Shown: positions 57,489-64,000 of the stretch, in pieces
Numbering within the stretch: the stretch's first letter is position 1
Layout: each line of letters begins with the position of its first letter
From: Candidatus Eiseniibacteriota bacterium
GTDB lineage: Bacteria > Eisenbacteria > RBG-16-71-46 > JABDJR01
Reading direction: 5' to 3'
Length of the DNA: 64,000 bases
Assembly (NCBI GenBank): GCA_963762255.1
Contig: CAVXKA010000001.1
Coordinates: forward strand, 256,001 to 320,000
Position numbers and translations under genes: made by a program
The notes under the pieces: generated by a model
Seen by the model: the letters and a program-made list of their open reading frames with translations, nothing else
Told to the model about the DNA's origin: nothing
Database searches by the model: none

Positions 57489-58825
57489 TCAGCTTCCGAC
57501 CGCCACCTCGCGCCAGTCCAGCAGTTCGGTGACGCCGGACTTGCCTCCGAAGGGGAATCCCTCGAGGTACGGCGGCAGGTCGGGGATGAACCCCGGGTCG
57601 AAGGTAATGTCCGGGTTGCCATGGTTCGTCCAGTTACCCAGGACGACCACCGTTCCGGTCACGGAGAACTGCCCCTGGACGTCAACCACATCTCCGGTCA
57701 CGTAAAACAGGGCCGGGTACGCGGGTGTGCCTACCGTTGTTTGCGCGTTGGACTGGTCGACATTGTGGACGATCGCGGCAATCCCGTTCCGGGGTTCGAA
57801 AACGACATCGGTCTTGAGACGAAGGGTTCCACCGACCCATCTCTCAGTCTTCAACCTCTCGCCCGGGACCCCCATGTAGCGAGTATTGATGATGGTGGCA
57901 GTGAGGGACGGGGATCCGGGGGTTTGCTTGAGGACGATATCTGCCTTCGTGCTCCCGGAGTACGCGCCGAAATTCACCACGACCGAAGTATTCCCGGCGG
58001 CGGTGTTCAGGGGGAAGATTGTGGATCCGTCCCCGAAGAAAGTCTCCGGCGAGCTGGATAGATCAAAGCTAAACGTGGTGTCGCCGAAACGTCACCTGCA
58101 TGCCGACCTTTCCGGAGAACGGGTTGGTGGCGGGGGTGATGTCGATCCCGTCCCGGTCGTAGATGCGCGCCACGTTGGTGCCGCCATGGGCACCGTGCAA
58201 GTTCGTGGCGAGGACGTAGTAGTAGGTGGAGCTGGGGTAGTACTCCGGCTCGGTGTAGATGACGGGTGGAAAGATGTCGAATTCGTCGCTGTAGGTGCCA
58301 CCGCAGTCCAAGTGCACGTCGTGCTTCCCGAAGTCGGCCACGTCGTTGACGTGGATGTGGCCCTAATGCAGAGCTTTCCTTTAGCTTCGATGTCCCCATC
58401 ACCACCATCGCGGTCGCTTGCTCCGGGGGCTCCACGTTGAACCACGCCTCCACCGCGCGGGTGGCGCGCCGGACATGCCCCTCGGAGTAGACGTACAGCG
58501 CGGAATCGCCGGTGACTGCGTACACGCTGTCCACGGTGGTGACAAAGAAGGTGCCCGCGCCCAGGGCGGTCGACGCCACCGGTCCTCGCCACGTCCCCTC
58601 GTTCAGGAGTTTGGAACGCGCCAACTCGATCCCGGCATCGGCCAGGTAGAAGGCTTCGGCGGTATCCTCCCCGTAGATGGCGGCCTTGGTCTCGTACGAG
58701 GCCATCGCGAAGAAGGCCATGCCGGTGATGACGACGAGGAACGAGAAGACGACGACGGTGAGCAGCGCGAAGCCACGTTCGTCACCGAGCGATGGCCGGC
58801 GGGTATCGATTCTTGCGGTCCTCAT
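57489..58825 (-). CDS. PilX-like minor pilin (several indels)
   Basis: ERGFALLTVVV..., AFYLADAGIE PilX N-terminus; C-terminal LLDWREV; ATG 58825. Confidence 0.7.
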
Positions 58826-58860
58826 AGTTGCCTTCTTCCTCCGAGCGATACCGCCAAGGG

Positions 58861-59371
58861 TCAAGGGGTGGCCTTGTCCGGGAAATTGCGGTTGCGGATG
58901 GCCGCGGTCGTCTCCATCTTAACCCGGTTATCGGCCGCATCGCGCAGCTCCAACACGATGAAGACGGAGGTGGTGTCCTCGTTGGTCTCGAACGAAGAGC
59001 TCCGTGCACTCCTGATCCGCGAGCGGCGCATAGCTCTGCTCATCGCTGGACTGGAGCACCTTCTGGACCCCGTCCGACACATCCCGCTTGTAGGCGCGGA
59101 ACTCGGTGCTGTCACGGAGAGCCAGCCGGTCGGGGTTCGCGCTGTCGACGTCGATCCATCGCGCGCGGCGAACGTCGCGGGCGATCTGCTCGACGGCCCG
59201 CGCCGCCTCCTGTTGCATCACCAGTTTCCTCTGTCCCTGGCGAAAGGACCGCTGATTGGTCAGGACGATGGTGCCCGCGGCCAATGCGACCAGCAGCGTG
59301 AGCATCAGGGCGATGACCAGCTCGATCATCGTGTAGCCGGCTAGCCGGCGCGCGCGGGGAGCGGCTCTCAC
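58861..59371 (-). CDS. PilW-like minor pilin (indels)
   Basis: AGYTMIELVIAL prepilin motif, IARDVRRA, C-terminal TTAAIRN. Confidence 0.7.
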
Positions 59372-59814
59372 GGGTACCGCCTTCCCACAAGCGTGGTGAG
59401 CCAGAGCGTGTCCGGCACGACCGTACCTGCGTCCAGCGTCCTGCGATCCCAGATGACCCCTACCTTCACCACCGAGATATCGTCGTTGGCAGGCGGCGGT
59501 TCGTCGTCCGGGTTGACGGCCAGGGAGACCTCGTAATGTTGCCCGTCCACGATCACGGTGGAGTTCACCACTGTGCCGTCGAGGGAATCCAGATGGGCGT
59601 ACGTCCACCGACGGGCCTCTTCGATCCGTTGCTCTCCCACCGCGGTCGCCTTACGGCGGTCCTCCTCGAAGTCAATCTGCGTCCGGCCTCGCGCGTAGAA
59701 CTGCGCGAGGCCAAAGAAGACGAGGATGAGGATGACGGCGGCGATCATGACCTCGAGAAGGCTGAAGCCTCTCTCGGCGGACATGGGAAACCGGCGCGGG
59801 ACGCGACGGGTCAT
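59368..59814 (-). CDS. PilV-like minor pilin
   Basis: RGFSLLEVMIAAVIL class III signal. Confidence 0.8.
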   Translation of the reverse strand: MTRRVPRRFPMSAERGFSLLEVMIAAVILILVFFGLAQFYARGRTQIDFEEDRRKATAVGEQRIEEARRWTYAHLDSLDGTVVNSTVIVDGQHYEVSLAVNPDDEPPPANDDISVVKVGVIWDRRTLDAGTVVPDTLWLTTLVGRRYP

Positions 59815-59886
59815 GGTGTTCTGTCTATTCCTTCCGAAAGAGCGCAGAGGCTGCCCGGCCAGGGGGGACCGGGCAGCCGAAGCGAC

Positions 59887-60309
59887 TCAATCCCCGATAT
59901 CGGTCTTGATCACCCCGTTCTTCGTGATGTCGGCTACCTCAAGAACCAAGGTTGTGTTAGCCCCCCCTACCTTGGCCGTCAGACCGGTCGCAGTGACAGC
60001 GAACGGTTCGGTCTTCGCTTCTCCCGCCCCGTCTGTGATCTCATACTTGAAATTCTCCGAAGATGTGAGGTCCACCACACCGAGGCTGTCCGGCGCCACA
60101 GGCCACTTATCGTTCTCTATGGCATACGCCTTCGATGCCGTGATGATCTCACCCATGCGCCCGCTGGCCTCGGTCATGCGCGCGTTCTTGATGTACTTCC
60201 CGTAGATCGGGATCGCGATGGCGGCGAGGATCCCGACGATCACCACCACCACCATGAGCTCGATCATGGTGAAGCCCTTCTGGTTCTTGTTCTTGCGGAA
60301 GCGGTTCAT
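59887..60309 (-). CDS. pilA: Major type IVa pilin
   Basis: [27 protein letters not shown]. Confidence 0.9.
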   Translation of the reverse strand: MNRFRKNKNQKGFTMIELMVVVVIVGILAAIAIPIYGKYIKNARMTEASGRMGEIITASKAYAIENDKWPVAPDSLGVVDLTSSENFKYEITDGAGEAKTEPFAVTATGLTAKVGGANTTLVLEVADITKNGVIKTDIGD

Positions 60310-60410
60310 TGCGAAACCTCCATACGTTCACGGTTGTCGATCCTGAAGCTGCGTCCCCACCCCACCCCGTCCGGGCCCCCCTTGGCCCGCGCTTTGAGAA
60401 AACCCGCGTC

Positions 60411-61661
60411 TCAGTAGTTGTCGCCGCCCTTCATGATGGCATCGCCGAGATAGAAGATCGGAAGGAACATCGTCACCACCACCGTCCCCACGATGATGCC
60501 GACCAGGACGATGAGGATCGGCTCGATGAGGCTCGTGAGCCCCTGCACCGCCGCCTCCACCTGCCGGTCGTAGAACTCGGACGACTTGAGCAACATCGAA
60601 TCCAACTGGCCGCTCTCTTCACCGGTGGCCATGAGCTGGAGCACCATCTCCGGCATGCGCCCGGTGGCGCGGAAGGCGTTGGTCAGCTCCTCGCCCTTGC
60701 CCACCCGGTCCTTCACCTGGTCGAGGGCGCGAGAGAGCACCGCATTGCCGGTCGCCCCCTTGGTGAGTTCCATCGCGTCCAGCACGGGAAGGCCGCTCTG
60801 GAGGAGGATGCCCAGCGTGCGGTTCATCCGCGAGATGGTGGCCTTGCGGATGATGGGGCCGAAGACCGGCGCGCTCAGAAGGAACGAGTCCTTCATATAG
60901 CGTCCGGCGGCGGTCTTGGACCAGAGCCAGAACGCGAGAAAGACGAGGACCGCGATCCCGAGCGCAACGAGCGCGTTGTCGCGGATGAGGTGACTCACGT
61001 TCACCACCGCGCGCGTGGGCCCTGGAAGCTGCTGCCCGAAGTCGGCGTAGATCTCCTCGAAGGTCGGCACGATCTTCAGGAGCAGGAAGAGGGAGATCGC
61101 GATCGCGAAGACGAGCACGAAGACCGGATAGCTCATCGCGGAACGGACCTTTGTCTTGATCGCGTCGAGCTTCTCCAGGTAGATCGCGAGTTCGCCCAGG
61201 ATCTTGTCGAGGGTGCCCGCGCCCTCTCCCGCCCGCACCATGCTCACGTAGAGGCCGTTGAAGATGCGCGGGTGTTCGGCGAGAGCGTCGGCGAGGCTGT
61301 TGCCCTGCTCCACCGTCTCCGCCACCCGGGCCACCGTCCGGGACAGGGTGCGATTGCTCTCGTCCTTGGAAAGCCCGCGCAGGCCGCGCACGAGAGGGAT
61401 GCCCGCCTCGAAGAGCGTCGAGAGCTGCCGGGTGAAGAGAGCGAGATCGCGAGTGGAAACGCCGCCCGACAGGACGGGGCGATTGATCCGCTCCTTCCAG
61501 CCGGTGGCCCGACCCCTGAAGATCGCGTCCTCGGCGACGTGCAGAACGATGAGCCCACGCCGGTGCAGGTCGTCCACGACCTGATCGACGCTGGCCCCGC
61601 TCATCACGCCGGCCTGCTCTTCACCGGTATGCGTCTTGGCGACGTATGCGAAGTTAGGCAT
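60411..61661 (-). CDS. pilC: Type IV pilus platform protein
   Basis: FTRQLSTLFEAGIPL, MVRAGE, TGEESGQLD, MFLPIF. Confidence 0.92.
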   Translation of the reverse strand: MPNFAYVAKTHTGEEQAGVMSGASVDQVVDDLHRRGLIVLHVAEDAIFRGRATGWKERINRPVLSGGVSTRDLALFTRQLSTLFEAGIPLVRGLRGLSKDESNRTLSRTVARVAETVEQGNSLADALAEHPRIFNGLYVSMVRAGEGAGTLDKILGELAIYLEKLDAIKTKVRSAMSYPVFVLVFAIAISLFLLLKIVPTFEEIYADFGQQLPGPTRAVVNVSHLIRDNALVALGIAVLVFLAFWLWSKTAAGRYMKDSFLLSAPVFGPIIRKATISRMNRTLGILLQSGLPVLDAMELTKGATGNAVLSRALDQVKDRVGKGEELTNAFRATGRMPEMVLQLMATGEESGQLDSMLLKSSEFYDRQVEAAVQGLTSLIEPILIVLVGIIVGTVVVTMFLPIFYLGDAIMKGGDNY

Positions 61662-61663
61662 GT

Positions 61664-63376
61664 CTATTCCTCCGCGAGACACACGCGGAGTACCTCCTCA
61701 ATCGTAGTCTGACCGCGGGAGGCCTTGGCCAACCCGCTCTGCTTGAGCGTCTGCATGCCCTGGGCCATGGCCTTCTCGCGGATCGCGTCGGCGGGCAGGT
61801 TGCGGGCCACCAGGTCGCGCAACCCCGCGTCCATTCGCATGATCTCGAGGATGGCCATCCGGCCTCGGTAGCCGCGGTCCTTGCACTCGCCGCACCCGCG
61901 CCCTTTGCGGAAATCCGCGCCCTTCAAGTCCTTTTTGTGGAGGCCGAACGCAAGGAGCATGTCCTCGGGCGGCTCGTACGGTTCCGCGCAGTACGGGCAC
62001 ACCCGTCGCACCAGCCGCTGCGCCGCCACCAGCGTCATCGCGCTGGCTGCCTGGAACGGCTCCACCTTGAGCGAGAGGAGCCGGACCGCGGTGGACGGAG
62101 CGTCGTTGGCGTGGATGGTGGAGAACACCATGTGCCCGGTCATGGCGGCGCGCACCGCGATGTCGGCGGTCTCGCCGTCGCGGATCTCCCCTACCATGAT
62201 CACGTCCGGATCCTGGCGGAGAAAGGTGCGCAGAGCGGAGGCGAAGTTGACCCCCTTGCGCTCGTTCACCTGCACCTGATTGATGCGGTCCATGTGGTAC
62301 TCGACCGGATCCTCCACCGTCATGATGTTGATGGTGGGGTTTCGGATCTCCAGGAGCCCCGCGTAGAGCGTGGTCGACTTCCCCGATCCGGTGGGGCCGG
62401 AGAGGAGCACCATCCCGTAGGGCTGCTTGATCGCGTCGCGGAACAGGCGGAGATCGTCGCCCTCGAAGCCGAGGCTGTTCAGGTCGTAGTTGAAGTCGGT
62501 CTTGTCGAGAAGCCGGAGCACGGCTTTCTCGCCGTGCACGGTGGGGAGCGTGGACACGCGGATGTCCACTTCCTTGCCCGCCGCGCGGACGGTGAAGCGC
62601 CCCCCCTGAGGCGCGCGGCGCTCGGCGATATCGATGTCGGCGAGGATCTTGATGCGGGTCATGACGCCGGTGTAGACGGTGCGGGGCGGCGTCACCGCAT
62701 CGTAGAGGAGCCCGTCCACGCGATAGCGAATGACGAGCTGGCGCTCGTGCGGCTCGACGTGGATGTCGGTGGCGCCCTCCTTCAAGGCCTGACCGATCAC
62801 CTGGTTCACCAGGTTGATGATCGGCGCGTCCTCGGCGCGGCGCTTCGCCTCGTCGGCGTCAAGATCCTCTTCCTCGGTCATGTCCTCGCCGAGGACGATC
62901 GCCGCCTGGGCCAGGGCCTCCTGCACCTCGCGGGAACCCTCCAGCCTCCCGTAATGGCGCTCGCGGGCCTCTGTCACCACCGACTCGGGGCCTATCACCG
63001 GGTCCACGCGGCGGCGCGTGATGACGCGCAGGTCGTCGAGCGCGTCGAGATTGAGGGGATCGGCCATCGCCACGCGGATGTTACCGTTGTCGATGCTGAG
63101 CGGCAGGACGTTGTACTTGCGGGCAAGATCGGCCGGCACGATCGCCAGCGCCTCGGGGGCGACCTTGTCCTTGCCGGGATCGAAAAGCGGGATACGAAGT
63201 TGCGCGCTCAGGATCCGGGTGACCTCATTCTCGGTTACGATGCGCAGGCGGACGAGCACCTGGCCGAGGCGCTCATGGGTACGCACGTGCTCCTCGAGCG
63301 CGTGCCCGAGCTGCGCCTCCTGAATGAGGCCCGCCTCCAGAAGGAGACTGCCGAGACCCCGAGGGTTCGTACTCAC
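61664..63376 (-). CDS. pilB: Type IV pilus assembly ATPase
   Basis: MshEN-like LGSLLLEAGLI/RLGQVLV, GPTGSGKSTT, LRQDPDVIMVGEIRD, CxxC...CxxC; GTG start 63376. Confidence 0.92.
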   Translation of the reverse strand: MSTNPRGLGSLLLEAGLIQEAQLGHALEEHVRTHERLGQVLVRLRIVTENEVTRILSAQLRIPLFDPGKDKVAPEALAIVPADLARKYNVLPLSIDNGNIRVAMADPLNLDALDDLRVITRRRVDPVIGPESVVTEARERHYGRLEGSREVQEALAQAAIVLGEDMTEEEDLDADEAKRRAEDAPIINLVNQVIGQALKEGATDIHVEPHERQLVIRYRVDGLLYDAVTPPRTVYTGVMTRIKILADIDIAERRAPQGGRFTVRAAGKEVDIRVSTLPTVHGEKAVLRLLDKTDFNYDLNSLGFEGDDLRLFRDAIKQPYGMVLLSGPTGSGKSTTLYAGLLEIRNPTINIMTVEDPVEYHMDRINQVQVNERKGVNFASALRTFLRQDPDVIMVGEIRDGETADIAVRAAMTGHMVFSTIHANDAPSTAVRLLSLKVEPFQAASAMTLVAAQRLVRRVCPYCAEPYEPPEDMLLAFGLHKKDLKGADFRKGRGCGECKDRGYRGRMAILEIMRMDAGLRDLVARNLPADAIREKAMAQGMQTLKQSGLAKASRGQTTIEEVLRVCLAEE

Positions 63377-63476
63377 GAGCACCTCAAATTGATTAGCAGA
63401 TACGTAAGGTCCAAGTTGATCCCGCCTACCGCATGGGGGATCGGCAATCGACGCGGCTCGATGAAAGAACAGCACA

Positions 63477-63505
63477 ATGTTAGGGTGGGGTTCCAGTCCA
63501 GTCAA
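63477..63505 (-). promoter_or_regulatory. sigma70-like promoter of the pil operon
   Basis: Minus strand TTGACT-17 nt-TAACAT. Confidence 0.55.
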
Positions 63506-63601
63506 CAAAGATATGATGCAAAGTGTATTTCATGCACCAAACACGGTAAAAAGAGTCGACAAACCTTACAATCCCACACAAGTGGGTGGAAAGAAAAGCG
63601 C

Positions 63602-64000
63602 ATGAGGCTCAACCGGTACCTCGCCATGAGCGGCGTGGCCAGCCGTCGCGGCGCGGAGAAATTGATCGCCGAAGGGCTCGTGCAGGTGAACGGTAAGACC
63701 GTCACCGAACTGGCCACGTTCGTCGAACCCGGGGTGGATCGCGTCCAGGTGGACGGGCGCCGGTTGAATCCTCCGCGGACGTTCACCTATCTCCTCCTCA
63801 ACAAGCCGGAGGGGCTGGTGACCACCGCCCGCGATCCGCAGGGGCGATCGACGGTGATGGAACTCGTGCCGGCGCGGCCGCGCGTCTTCCCGGTGGGTCG
63901 ACTGGATCAGGACACCTCGGGGGCGCTCCTCTTCACCGACGACGGATCCCTTGCTCACGGGCTCCTCCACCCGCGCTTCAAGATGGAGAAGGAGTACGAC
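63602..64000 (+). CDS. rluB: rRNA pseudouridine synthase (RluB/RsuA family), partial
   Basis: MRLNRYLAMSGVASRR S4 domain, LLNKPEG, PVGRLDQDTSG catalytic motif; runs off the right edge. Confidence 0.9.
   Translation, partial: MRLNRYLAMSGVASRRGAEKLIAEGLVQVNGKTVTELATFVEPGVDRVQVDGRRLNPPRTFTYLLLNKPEGLVTTARDPQGRSTVMELVPARPRVFPVGRLDQDTSGALLFTDDGSLAHGLLHPRFKMEKEYD

Noticed and set aside
62600-62608. Poly-G run in pilB giving QGGRF instead of QDGR
   Set aside because: The tract is short and in frame; too weak to claim phase variation

Overview
High-GC bacterial chromosomal window. FlgD-type C-terminal domains, PorV-like barrels and a PEP-CTERM protein suggest an FCB-associated lineage such as Eisenbacteria/Krumholzibacteriota (inference only). 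Almost all genes are on the minus strand. From left to right: (1) 1-15.4 kb, a LacI-regulated alpha-glucan (starch/glycogen/maltodextrin) uptake locus with MalEFG-like ABC genes, several CBM48/SusEF-like lipoproteins, two paralogous outer-membrane beta-barrels, a PorV-like barrel and secreted DOMON-like proteins, with three copies of a TTGGAnCGnTCCAA operator but no SusC/SusD; (2) a NatAB-like ABC exporter and two small genes; (3) a ~5,100-aa Ig/Ca-repeat secreted protein, broken by indels, followed by a PorV-TSP3-OmpA fusion; (4) ychF, tRNA-Lys, purA and a PEP-CTERM gene with sigma54 promoter and enhancer; (5) lon-clpX-clpP-tig and tRNA-Leu; (6) leuB-like, thiolase, crt and hbd genes; (7) a complete type IV pilus operon (pilB to pilT) and a partial rluB. 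Many single-base indels in conserved genes look like assembly errors. No CRISPR array or mobile element was seen. The most interesting signals are the TonB-independent glucan-capture apparatus and the repeated pairing of a CTD cargo with its own PorV-like barrel.
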